Source: the human T2T-CHM13v2.0 reference genome, Homo sapiens | NCBI RefSeq assembly: GCF_009914755.1 | Contig: NC_060926.1 | Direction: 5' to 3' (one strand) | Length of the DNA: 64,000 bases | Shown: piece by piece, positions 35,622 to 49,125 of the stretch | Numbering within the stretch: the first letter of the stretch is position 1 | How the letters are laid out: each line of letters opens with the position of its first letter | Made by a program: the position numbers and the translations under genes | Notes under the pieces: generated by a model | Seen by the model: only the letters and a program-made list of their open reading frames with translations | Database searches by the model: none | Told to the model about the DNA's origin: nothing

Positions 35622-36929
35622 TGAATATGTACATATATACTTTTATATGCTTTGGCTATGAGTGCAAAATATATAAGAGAATAGTTTCTGAGTTGTCTTA
35701 GAAGGAAGACTTACTTTTAATTTATATATTGTTTTGCAACATTTGAAATGTTTATGATATTCTTAAGGTAATTTCAATCAAAAAAGTTGCAGTGACACAA
35801 TTCAGTAATTCTCAAAATATTAATATATAGGATATTTGCATTCATTCATTCATCCAAGAATGATTTATTAAGCTTCCATAATGTGGCACCTCTTAAACTT
35901 CAGTTATTGTCGAGGAAAGGGGTGAGGAGTAGAGAAGTGATAGAGGAGGTGGTGTCAACATTCCTGAAACCTAAAAATGAGAACTCATTTGAGCAAGATA
36001 AATTCTAGGTTTCTCAAGTGCAAATTAGTGATCTCAACTGAAGGGTTTAATTGCCAGTGTAGGAAGGTAAGTGGTTGCCCTAGACAGCTTGTTTGAAGAT
36101 TGGTGATGGCTGCTTGATTTGAATTAGCTGGAACATGAATTCATAGGGAACAAACTAGAGATTGTAGAAACAGCATTGTTAGAATCAGAGACCAGGAGGC
36201 GCATTTCAAAGGGTAGATGCAAGCATGAAATAATCAAAGTCCTAAAGTAAAGCCTGCACAAGAAGTCCTTTGGGATTATGGCTTTCACCCCTTATCCTTT
36301 CTCACTGGCCATCTTTATATCTCTTAACATGGCCATGTGCCAGCCACTTTCTGTCAAAAATAACTGCAAAAATATGCATGTCAGCATGCATATAAGCAAC
36401 TTGACATACAAGTAAACCTTATAGACGGGCAATTAGTTTCAAGACAAAGAATTATAGTTACAGTTAGAACACCCTCTGGGAGAAAAGGACACTATATCTT
36501 ACCCTAGATGTAATATATAGTGCTATGAAGTCTCACTGTAAATGTACCATTTAAAATGGTAACTATACCATTGTTTTTAGATAGAATAAAAAGTGTAATA
36601 TATGCTCTCATTTAATCTTCATAAAAGATCTGTCTTCAGAAAGATCAAACAGCCGTAGGGACCATCAATTCAATTTTCATTGCACACATGCCTGCGTTTG
36701 CACATGGATTTATCAGTTTATAGTGTCATATTTATTCCCCTAACTTCCTGTCTCCCTACATGGTATAGCAGACTTGTTGGTAGCAGCCATTTTTGTTTCT
36801 AAATGAATGATTTTTTCCCTTTGAGATTTAGGTCTTTGTCACTTGGGCAGTTTTATAAAAATACAATTTTACTATAACTGACCTGTCAGACAAAAGACTA
36901 ATTGTTGTAAATAAAAAGAATAGAAACTT

Positions 36930-37159
36930 CAAATAAGAAAAAAAATAGCTGGGCATGGTGGCTCATGCCTGTAGTCCCAGCTACTTGGAAAGCTGAGATG
37001 GGAGGATCACTTGAGCCTGGGAGGTTGAGACTACAGTCAGTTCAGATCGCGCCACTACACTCCAGCCTGGGCTATGGAGCAAGATCCTGTCTCAAAAAAG
37101 GAAAGGAAGGAAGAAAGAAAGGAAGGAGGGAAGGGAGGGGAGAGGGTTGAGGGGAGAAT
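36930..37159 (+). mobile_element. 5'-truncated AluJ / right monomer with purine-rich (GGAA/GGGA) tail
   Basis: Begins in the A-rich linker, right arm only. TSD atagaaactt (36920-29 / 37160-69). Confidence 0.85.
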
Positions 37160-40100
37160 ATAGAAACTTTTGGATTTTACCTACTGTAATCTACCAGGTT
37201 ATTTCTTATTATTATTACTTAAAAAGAACAAATTGTTTCCTCTATTTTGGCACAGTTCTTGGAGAATTGGCTTTCTTCTTTTCCAAACTGAAAACAGTTA
37301 GCTATGATATCTGAAGTGCATAAAGGCCTGTCAGAGAAAAAAACTTGCTTTAGTTTTATTGTTGTTGCTCTTGTTGCTGCTCTTTGGCTTTGGCTTTTTC
37401 TGAATGTGCACAGTAACCTCTTTGTTTCTTTCTTGCTCAAAACAGCTTTCCCTACAAACCTTGAGATTTAGAGAGTCACCATTGTTCCAGGAATTTATGT
37501 TGCCCAAACTCAGCAAACAGACTTAACCAATCTGCGGCAATGCTCTAGGCTACAGGAAAGTGGTTATTTGACCGGATGTTATTACAGAGTGGGAAAACAG
37601 ATTTGTCTTTATACTTTGGTTCTACAGTAACCTTTCATAAAGTAGTTATACCTAAGGAAATACAGAAATCTGATTGTCAGAAAACACTTTTGCTAAATGG
37701 AATCAAACGCTAGCTGGTATGTCTTTGCCCAGATTTGTAAAAACTCATGCTAATGGCTTCTCTTTACAGAAAAAAAAAAGTAAAATATCAAGGTGAAACT
37801 GCAGCCAATTTTAAATGTAGCTACCCTTATCACTAGACTCTATTAAGTTACTGCATTATTACCAGCACCAGTGATTTGTTTTTCTGCTCTAATCTGTACT
37901 TCCTCTGTTGGAAATAGGAGTCAGTAGTCACTCCTAGTGAGGTCTTGCACACTATAATTATTGCTAAGGCTTCTTTAGAATTTTTCTTGCAAAGTATTCA
38001 CTCAGGTTTTGTATGAGAACAAAAACTAAGCTCTAGCACACCAGTATGATATGAGGTAATGTTCTTCTATGATTAATTCTCCTTAAGAAGAAATTATTGT
38101 CTTCTACTCTCTTGGTTTTTCTCATGAAGGATTTTAGTATTTTTACTTGGTTGGAATGATCATATTTTTTGCAATTACTTTTTGTGTTTCATTTTGATTT
38201 TTCCATCTTGTTCTTTTTAAAATAAGCATGCACAAAAGAAGCGCATACTGATAAAAAGTTCAAAAATACTGATGCATATAGAATAAAAATTATAAGTCCC
38301 CCTTAGTACTTCCACCAACCCATCATAACAATTTTATCCCATCCCCCAAAATAACCATTATTGTTGCAGAATATTCTCAATTTACATCACATACACCACA
38401 TATTTTAATTTTCCACTTCTAACACATCAGATAACTGAGGTATTTAAATTTTTATCTAAAATAAAATACTGGCCTGAACTGAATGCTTGTACTTTATGGT
38501 ATGAACTTAGTGGCATTTCTTTGTTTCTTAGGAATATTAACTTTTTATTACAAGATTATAACTTCTTAATAGCAGTACTTGTGAAATAAGTAAAATCTAG
38601 TTAAATATTGTGTTTTCATAGCTTTATTTTACTGTTGCTTATTTTATTTCTTCCCACATGAAATAGTTGTGTTTGATCTTTTCCTTTTGCCATCATTAGG
38701 AGTGTTAGACATGTATGAACCAAATCAGTTGACCCATAACTATAGTCATGATGGGAATTTTATCACCAAAGCTTCTTTCAGTTTACTTTCTTGATTATTC
38801 ACAATATCTGTTTATAGTAACATTCAACTATCCTCATTCTGCGCATATCTTTTAGCTTATTTGAGTCACCAGTGCAGATGATCGAATCATCCAATATAAA
38901 CGTTTACTAAAAGCAAAAGCAAGTTCATAAGCAAAATTGCATTTCAGCTAATTTGATATATGAATTAAGAGTTGGATTTATATATTGAAGAGCAAAACCC
39001 ACTGGTGATTAATAATTGTCAAATGAATTAGTAAGTTAGTTTTTTAATCAAACTCTTTATTTTTAGATAATTGTAGATCCACACAGAATTGTAAGAAATA
39101 AAAGAGATCCCATGCACCCTTTATTCAATTTCCCTCAATGGTAACATCTTGAAGAACTACAATACAATGTTACAACCCCAGTATTCGCATTGATACAGTC
39201 AAGATACATATTTCCATCACCACATAGATCCTTCCTGTTCCATTTCCTAGTCACAACCACTTCTGTTCCAGCACCACCACCTTTTTTACCTTGACTAATG
39301 TTGATCTGTTCTCCTTTTCCATAATTTTGTTATTTTAAGAATGTTCTGTAAATGGAATTATAAGTATATAACATTTTAGAATTGGCTTTCTTCATTCAGC
39401 TTGGGATCCATCTAAGTGGTTGAGTATATGTACAAATAGTTTGTTCATTTTTATTGCTGTATAGTATTCCATGATATAGACATACCAGATTGTTTAACTA
39501 TTCACTCCTTGAAGAGTATGTGTGTTAGTTGTAATCTTTGCCTATTACAAATAAAGCTACTATGAATGTGAATATTCATACACAGGTTCTTGTATGAATA
39601 TGAATTTTAATTTTTCTGAAATGAATGTCCAAAAGTGCAGTTAGGGGGAGCGTATGGTAGTTTCAGCTTCAGCTTTTTAAAACACCCCCAAACTGTTTTC
39701 CAGAGTACATGTACCATTTTACATTACAATACATAAGTGATCCAGTTTTTCCACACCCTTGGAGCATTTATTATTGTTACCATTCTTTGTATTTTAGCCA
39801 TTCTGATAAGTGTATTGTAATATCTGATTAGGTTTTAGTTTGCATTTCCCTCATAGCTAATGACGTTGAACATCTTTTCATGTAGTCATTACCATCTGTA
39901 TATTCTCTGAGGTTAAATGCCTCTTAAGACTTTTGCCCACTTTCTGCTTGGATTGTTTTTGTTTTGATTTTGCTATTGAGTTTTGAGAGTTATGAGTTTT
40001 GAGAGTTATTTGTACGTTCCAGATACTAGTCACTTGACACATATGTGATTTGCAAATATTTTCTCCACTTTGCTGCTCCTCTTTTTGTCATCTTATTAAG

Positions 40101-41814
40101 GTATTTACCTGACTAAAAGTTTTTAATATTGATGGAGTCAAAAGTATCAATGTTCATTTTATGGGTCATGATTTTGAAGTCAAGGCTAAGAACTCTTCTC
40201 CTCACCCTGGATTCTGAAGGATTCTTATATGTTTATTCCTAAAAGTTTTATATTTTTACATGTTACATTTAAGTCTGTGATCAATTCTTAGTTAATTTTT
40301 AGGGAAGTTTAACTAGAGTTTGTTTGTTTCTGCCTATTGATATCCAGTTGTTCCAGCAATTACTGAAAAGGTTAAAAGTCGATCCCTTCTTCATTGAACT
40401 GCTTTTTGTACCTTTTTCAAAAATCAGTTAGGCATATTTATGTGACCTTTTTCCGGGTTCTATATACATATACTCTTTCATTAATCTATAATATATGTCT
40501 ATCTGCTAATTCCCCTGCAGTCTTGATTACTATAGCTATATAAAAATTCTTAAAATAAATCTTAAAATCTTAAAATTCCTCCCAATTACTTTATTTTTTA
40601 CAAAAAAAGTTTTAGCTATGTACTTTCTTTGCTTTCCATATGAATTCTATAAAAGTGTTGTCTTTATCTACAAAAAGTCTTGCTCTTTTATAGGAATTTG
40701 TCGTATCTATATATTAATTTAACTAGAATTGGCATCTTTACTTTGTTGAGTTAATCCCTGAACACAGTATTTCTCTCCATTTATTTAGATCTTCATTGAA
40801 TTAATCAGCGTTCTGTAGTTTTAGCATAGAAGTCCTAAACTTTTTTATATTTACGTGTATTTTGTTTTTAAAATAATAATAATAAATGATATTGTATTAT
40901 TAATTTCAATATTCACATGTTTATTGTTAGTATAAAGAAATACAATAATTTTATATTTATAATTTATATATATTGCGTGACCTTCCCAAACTCATTCTTT
41001 AGTTTCAGAATGTTTTTTATAGGTTATTTGAAATTTTCCATGTCAGCTGCAAATTGGAAGAGTTTTATTCTTTTGCAACCAAGTCATCTGCAAATAGGCA
41101 CAGTTTTATTTCACCTTTTCAATATTTATGTTTTTGTTTCCATTTCTTGCCTTATTGCATTGGCCATAACTTCCAATACTGAAAGTTATTCCAATATTGG
41201 ATAAGACAGGTAAGAATGAACATCCTTGCTTTGTTCACAATCTTAAGGGAAAAGCATTCAGCCTTCACCAGTAAGCATAATGTTACCCATAGGTTTTTCA
41301 GAGATGCTTTTGTCAAATTGTGGAAGTCTTCCTCAATTCTACTCTTCAAATAATTTTAATCATGGATTAGTGCTGAATTTTCTTGACAATTTTCTGCAGC
41401 AAATCATATGATCCTATAATTTTTCTTCTTTTATGTATTAATATGATGAATTTCACTGATCAGTTTTATAATATTGAACCAGCCTTGCTTCTCTATAATA
41501 AGTCTTAATCAGTTATAGTATATACCTATTTTGTATATTAAAAATTATATTTCTTTATATATTGTTAAGAATTTTTATATCTATATGAGGTATATTGGTC
41601 TATAGTTTTTGGTCTTTGGATTTTATTTTGTTTTGTTTGTTTTGTTGATTTGTTTTGGTACTGTTTTTGTCTGATTTTGGTATCAATGGAATACTAGCCT
41701 CATAAAATGATTTAAGAAGTATTACCTCCTCTCCTATTTTCTGAAACTTATTCTGTAAGATTTGTTCTAATTTTTATTTAAAGAGTTGGTAGAATTCTCT
41801 AGTAAAAATTTGTG

Positions 41815-42059
41815 TTTGTATGTTTCTTTTTTGGAATATTTAGATTATAAATGTGATTTCCTTAATAATTATGAAGTTATACAAATTATTTCCTATTGAA
41901 TGAGTTTTGATATTTAGTGCATTTCAATGAATTAGTTTGTATATTTCTTTTTTGGAATTTTAAAATTATAAATGTGATTTTCTTAATACTTATGGAGTTA
42001 TACAAACTATTTCATATTGAATACATTTTGACATTTAGTGCATTTTAAGGAATTAGTTT
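41815..42059. repeat. Two-copy tandem duplication, period 121 bp, diverged
   Basis: Lines 41821-41940 and 41942-42060 align directly (tttcttttttggaat...tataaatgtgattt...tttagtgcattt...gaattagttt). Confidence 0.9.
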
Positions 42060-42688
42060 CTTTTATCTAAGCTGTAATAATGTGTGTAGAAAATTGTTCA
42101 TCATATTCCTTTCTTATTCTTTCAATATCCACAAGTTATGTATTAATAGTATCTCTTTCATTCCCGTTCTTAGTAATTTTGTGTCATCTCTCTTTTTTCT
42201 TTACCCTGCTAGAGTTTTGTCAATTTTATTGATCTTTACAATGAACTAGCTTTTTTGTTTCATTGTTAATCTGTTTTAATTTCTTAATGTCTTGTCCTGT
42301 CTTTATTATTACAGTCCTTCCATTTGTGCTGGATTTATTATGCTCTTGTTTTTCCTAGGATCTTAAAATAGGACCATAAGTTATTGATATGAGACTTTTT
42401 CTCTTTTCTAACATAAGCATTTAATGTTGTAAACTTCCATCTTGAGACCGCTTTAGCTGTTATTTCAGAAATTTTCATATTTCTCATTTTTATTGTTTGT
42501 TCTTTCAGTTGAATGTATTTTTTAAAGATTTTTGGATGTTTATTAATAGTTTTAAATTTAAATCCTTTTCAAATAAAGTGGAATGGTAAATCGTTTACAA
42601 AGATCAGAGGAAAATATAAAACTTAAGAATAGATGTTCTGCTTAGCCAACAGAACACTGCTTATCCAACACTATACTTACATTTGAGT

Positions 42689-42736
42689 AAATGTACACTC
42701 TTTAAAATGTACACTCTTTAAATGTATACTCTTTAA
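42689..42736. repeat. 3 x 16-bp tandem repeat aaatgtacactcttta
   Basis: Seen directly; third copy has one substitution. Confidence 0.85.
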
Positions 42737-43197
42737 AAATCCAAAATCTATAGTGTGATTATGTGTTTCTTGGGAGGGTTTTGTTGTGTTTTTTTTTTGG
42801 TTTGAATAAGTCTTAGGTCCTTTTTTAATCTTTTATTTTAGGTTCAGAGGTACATGCATAAGTTTGTTAAAAAGGTAAACTCTGTGTCAAGGGGGTTTGG
42901 TGTACAGATAACTTTATTACATGGGTAACAAACTTGGTACCCAATAGGTACTTTTTCTGATACTGTCCTTCCTCCCACCCTCTACCCTCAAGTAGGCCCC
43001 AGTGTCTGTTTTTCTACTCCCAGTAGCCATGTGTTCTCATTGTTTATTACTCACTTATAAGTGAGAACATGCAGTATTTGGTTTTCTGATCCTGTGTTAG
43101 TTTGCTTAGGATGATGTCCTCCAACTCTATCTATGTTTAAGATTAATCTTAAAAATATTAAATAAAAATAATCTTAATATTATTCATGGCTGCATAG

Positions 43198-43581
<384 letters not shown>

Positions 43582-46461
43582 TGATTCCATGTCTTTGCTG
43601 TTGTGAATAGCGCTGCGATGAACATATATATGCATGTGTCTTTGTGGTAGAACAATTTCTATTCCTTTGGGTATATACCTAATAATGGGATTGCTGGGAA
43701 AGCCATTGCTTTCTACAGTGGTTGAGCTAATTTACAATCTCACCAGCAGTGTGTAAGCATTCCCTTTTCTCCACTACCTCATCAGCATCTGTTATTTTTT
43801 TCTTTTTAGTAATAGCCATTCTTACTGGTATGAGATGGTATCTCTTTGTGGTTTTAATTTGCATGTCTCTAATGATTAGTGATGTTGAGCTTTTTTTCAT
43901 GTGCTTGTTGGCCACATGTATGTCTTCTTTTGAGACATGTCTGTTCATGTCCTTTGCCCACTTCTTCAGGGGTTGTTTGATTTTTACTTGTAAATTTGTT
44001 TAAGTTCCTTGTAGATTCTGTATATTAGACCTTTGTTGGATGCATAGTTTGTAAATATTTTCTCCTATTCCGTAAGTTGTCTGTTTACTCTGTTGATAGT
44101 TTCTTTTGTTGTGCAGAAATTCTTTTATTTAATTAGATCCTATTTGTTAATTTTTTTCCTTGCAATTGCTTTGGAATCTTCATCATGAAATCTTGCCAAA
44201 TCTTATGCCCACAATGGTATTTCCAAGCTTATCTCCCAGAGTTTTCATAGTTTTAAGTTTTACATTAAAGTCTTTAATCCATCTGGAGTTGATTTTTGTA
44301 TGTAGTATAAGGTAAGGGTCCAGTTTCATTCTTCTGTGTTTGGCTAGCCAGTTATCCCAACACAATTTATTGAATGGGGAATCCTTTCTTCATTGCTTGT
44401 TTTTGTCAGCTTTGTCAAAGATCAGATGGTTGTAGGTGTGCAACCTTATTTCTGTACTCTCTATTCTGTTCCATTAGTCTATGTGTCTGTCTGTTTTTGT
44501 ACCAGTAGCATGCTGCCTTGGTTACAGTAGCCCTCTAATATAGTTTGAAGTCTGGTAATGTGATGCCTCCAGCTTTGTTCTTTTTGCTTTGGATTGTCTT
44601 GGCTACTTGGACTTTTTTTTATTCCATATGTATTTTAAAATAGCTTTTCATGATTCTGTGAAGAATGTGTTTGGCAGTTTGATAGGAATATCACTGAATC
44701 TGTACATTGCTTTGGGCAGTATAGCTATTTTAATGATATTATTCTTCCTATCCACAAGCATGAAATATTTTTCCATTTGTTTGTATCATTTCTGGTTTCT
44801 TTGAGCAGTATTTTAAAATTATCATTATGGAGAAATTTCATCACCCTGGTTAGCTATATTCCTCAGTATTTTCTTCTTCTTGTGGCAACTGTGAATAGGA
44901 TTGCATTCCTGATTTGGCTCTAGGCTTGGATGTTGTTGGTGTATAGGAGTGCTAGTGATTTTTGCGCGTTGATTTTGTATCCTGATGAAATTTTACTAAA
45001 TTTGTTTATCAGATCAAGGAGCTTTTGGACCCAGACTATGGGGTTTTTTACATACCGAATTACGTCAACTGCAAAGAGGAATAATTTGACTTTGTCTCTT
45101 CCTATTTGGATGCCTTTTATTTCTTTCTCTTGACTGATTGTTATGGCCAGGCCTTCCAATACTATTATGAATAGGAGTGGTAAGAGAGGGCATCCTTACC
45201 TTATGCTGGTTTTCAAGAGAATGCTTCTAGCTTTTGCCCCTTCAGTGTAATGTGGGCCATAGGTTTGTCATAGATGGCTCTTATTATTTTGAAGTATGAT
45301 TCTTTCATGCCAAGTTTATAGAGGGTTTTTAACATGAAGGGATGTTGAATTTTATCAAAAGTCTTTTCTGCATCTATTGAGATAATCCTATGGTTTCTGT
45401 TTTTAGTTTTGTTGGTGTGCTGAATCACATTTATGGATTTGCATGTGTTGAACCAACCTTATCTACCAGTCATAAACTCTATTTGATCATGTTGGATTAG
45501 CTTTTTAATATGCTGCTGGATTTGGTTTGCTAGTATTTTGCTGACTTTTACATCTATGTTCATCAAGGTTACTGGCTGAACGTTTTCTTTTTTTCTTATT
45601 TCTCTGCCAGCTTTTGGTTATCATGATGCTGCTCGTCTCATAGAAGGAGTTTGGGAGGAATCTCTCCTCAATTTTTTGGAATAATTTCAGCAGGAATGGT
45701 GCCAGCTGTTTTTTATACATCTGGTAGAATTCAGGTATAAATTCATCTGGTCCTGGGCTTTTCTGGTTGGTAGGCTTTTTACTACTACTTCAATGTTGGA
45801 ACTCATTATTGGTCTCTCACTTTCTTCCTGGTTCAGCCTTGGGCAATTGTATATGTCCAGGAATTCATCCATTTCTCCTGGATTTTCTAGTTTGTGTTCA
45901 CAGAGGTGTTCATAGTAGTAGTCTTTGATGGTTTTTTGTACTTCTGTGGGGTCAGTGATAACACTGCCTTTGTTATTTCTAATTGTGTTTATTTAGACCT
46001 TCTCTCTTTTTTGCTTTACTAATCTAACTAGTGTTTTATCTATCTTATTAATTTTTTCAAAAACCAACTTCTGGATTCATTTATCTTTGATATAGTTTTT
46101 TGTGTCTCAGTTTCATTCATTTCAGCTCTGATTTTGGTTATTTCTTGTCTTCTGATAGCCTTGGGTTTGGTTTGCTCTTGCTTCTCTAGTTCTTCTTCTT
46201 GTAATGTTTGGTTAATTTGAGGTCTTTCTAACTTTTTAATGTGGGCATTAGTGTTATAAACTTCCCTCTTAACACTTTCTTAGTTGTGTCCCAGAGAGTC
46301 TGGTATATTATATCTTTGTTCTTGTCAGTTTCTAATGAATATCTTGATTTCTGCCTTAATTTTATTATTTACCCAAAAGTCATTCCGGAGCATTCAGGAG
46401 CAGTTTGTTTAATTTCCATGTAATATTACAGTTTTGAGTTATTTTATTAATATTTATTTTT

Positions 46462-46910
46462 CTTCCTCTGTCTCTCTCTCTATATATATATACCAGATAT
46501 TTATATCTAGATATTTATATAGAGATATATTTATATATAATATATATAAATCTCTATATAAATCTCTCTCTCTATATATTTTTATGTATATATATAGAGA
46601 GAGATTTTTTATATATGTATATTTGAAACAGAGTTTCACTCTGTTGCCCAGGCTGGAGTGCAGTGGCACAACCTTGGCTTACTGCAACCTCCACCTCCTG
46701 GGTTCAAGTGATTCTCGTACCTCAGCCTCCTGAGTAGCTGGGACTACAGGTGTGTGCCACCACACCCAGCTAATTTTTGTATTTTTAGTAGACACGGGGT
46801 TTCATCATCATGTTGCCGAAGCTGATCTCAAACTCCTGGCCTCAATTGATCTGCCTGCCTCAGTCTCCCAAAGTGATGAGGTTACAGGCACGAACCACCA
46901 TGCCTGGCCC
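46462..46910 (-). mobile_element. Alu (old S / Jb-like) with tail region expanded into an AT/CT quasi-palindromic repeat
   Basis: Alu body about 46622-46910. Low-complexity tract about 46462-46622 at the tail position. Confidence 0.88.
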
Positions 46911-48400
46911 TTGATTTCTATTTTTAATGTGCTGTGGTCCAAGAGTTTGGTTGGTATGATTTTGGTTCTTTTTTTTAATTTGCTGAGCATTGTTTTATGT
47001 CCAATTGTGTGGTTGATTTTGGAGTATGTGCCATGTGGTGATGAGAAGAATGTATATTCTGTTGTTTTTATGTGGAGAGTTCTGTAATGTAGAGAGTTCT
47101 ATAAATATCTAGTACATTCATTTGGTCAAATGCTGAGTTCAAGTCCTGAGTATCTTTGTTAATTTTCCGCCTTGATGATTTGTCCAATATTGTCAGTGGC
47201 GTGTTAAAGTCTCTCCCTATAATTGTGTGGGAATCTAAATCTCTTATAGGTCTCTAAGGACTTGCTTTATGAATCTGAGTGCTCCTGTGTTGCATACACA
47301 TCTATTTAAGATAGTGAGTTCTTCTTGTTGAATTGAACTCTCTACCATTATATAATGCCCTAATTTATCTTTCTTGATCTCTGTTGGTTCAATCTGGTTT
47401 TTCTGAAATTAGGATTGTAACCCCTGCTTTTTTGTTTTCCATTTGCTTGGTAGATTTTTCTCCATCCCTTCATTTTGAGCCTATGGATGTCATTGCATGT
47501 GAGTGGGTCTCTTGAAGATAGCATACCATCTGGCCCTGCTTCTTTATCCATCTTTCCACTCTGTGCTTTTTAATTGGGGCATTTAAACTGTTTTCATTTA
47601 AGGTTAGTATTGACATGTGTGATTTGATCCTGTCATGTTGTTAGCTGGTTATTATGCAGACTTGTTTGTGTGGTTATTTTATAGTATCACTGATGTGTGT
47701 ACGTAAGTGTGTTTTTGTAGTGTCTGGTAACAGTCTTTACTTTCCATAGTTAGTGATTCTTTCAGGACCTCTTATTAGGCAGTTCTGGTGCTAAGAAATT
47801 CCCAACAGCATTTGCTTATCTGAAAAGGATCTTATTTCTCCTTCACTTATGAAGCTTCGTTTGGCTGGGTATGAATTCTTGATTGGAATTTTTTTTCTTT
47901 AAGAATGCTGAATATAGGCCCCCAAATTCATCTAGCTTGTAAGGTTTCCGCTTTTAGCCTGATTTGTTTCCCTTTGTAGGTTATCTGCCTCTTCTTTCTA
48001 GCTGCCTTTAACATTTTATCTTTCATTTCAATCTTGAAGAATTTCATGATTAAGTGCCTGGGGAATGGTTTTCTTCTGCAACATCTTGCAGGGGGTTTCT
48101 GCATTTCCTTGATTTGAATGTTGACCTCTCTAGTAAGCTTGGGGAAGTTTTCATTGTTAATATCCTGAGATACGTTTCGCAAGTTGCTTGTTTTCTTTCT
48201 TTCTCTTTCAGAGACGCCAATGCGTCATAGATGTGGTCTCTTTACATAATCTCATATTTCTCTGAGGTTTTGTTTATTCTTTTTTATTTATTTTTGTCTG
48301 ACTTGAGTTATTTCAGAAAGTCAGTTTTCAAGCTCTGAGATTCTTTCCTCAGATTGGTCTATTCTGCTGTTACTATTTGTGGTTCCATTATGCAATTCTT

Positions 48401-49125
48401 TTTTTTATTATTATTATACTTTAAGTTTTAGGGTACATGTGCACAATGTGCAGGTTAGTTACATATGTATACATGTGCCATGCTGGTGTGCTGCACCCAT
48501 TAACTGGTCATCTAGCATTAGGTATATCTCCTAAAGCTATCCCTCCCCCTTCCCCCCACCCCACAACAGTCCCCAAAGTGTGATGTTCCCCTTCCCGTGT
48601 CCATGTGTTCTCATTGTTCAGTTCCCATCTATGAGTGAGAACATGCGGTGTTTGGTTTTTTGTCCTTGCGATAGTTTACTGAGAATGATGATTTCCACTC
48701 TCATCCATGTCCCTACAAAGGACATGAACTCATCCTTTTTTATGGCTGCATAATATTCCATGGTGTATATGTGCCACATTTTCTTACTCAGTCTATCATT
48801 GTTGGACATTTGGGTTGGTTCCAAGTCTTTGCTATTGTGAATAGTGCCACAATAAACATACGTGTGTGTGTGTCTTTATAGCAGCATGATTTATAGTCCT
48901 TTGGGTATATACCCAGTAATGGGATGTCTGGGTCAAATGGTATTTCTAGTTCTAGATCCCTGAGGAATCGCCACACTGACTTCCACAATGGTTGAACTAG
49001 TTTACAGTCCCACCAACAGTGTAAAAGTGTTCCTATTTCTCCACATCCTCTCCAGCACCTGTTGTTTCCTGACTTTTTAAAGATTGCCATTCTAACTGGT
49101 GTGAGATGGTATCTCACTGTGGTTT
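48401..49125 (-). mobile_element. 5'-truncated L1PA3-like element nested in ORF1 of the older L1
   Basis: Poly(T), then ttaagttttagggtacatgtgcacaatgtgcaggttag. Exact TSD tgcaattctt (48391-400 / 49126-35). ORF2 C-terminal peptide 48788..49117. Confidence 0.92.

Noticed and set aside
42689-42736. Short direct repeats as a CRISPR-like array
   Set aside because: No spacers and a eukaryotic context; a simple tandem repeat.
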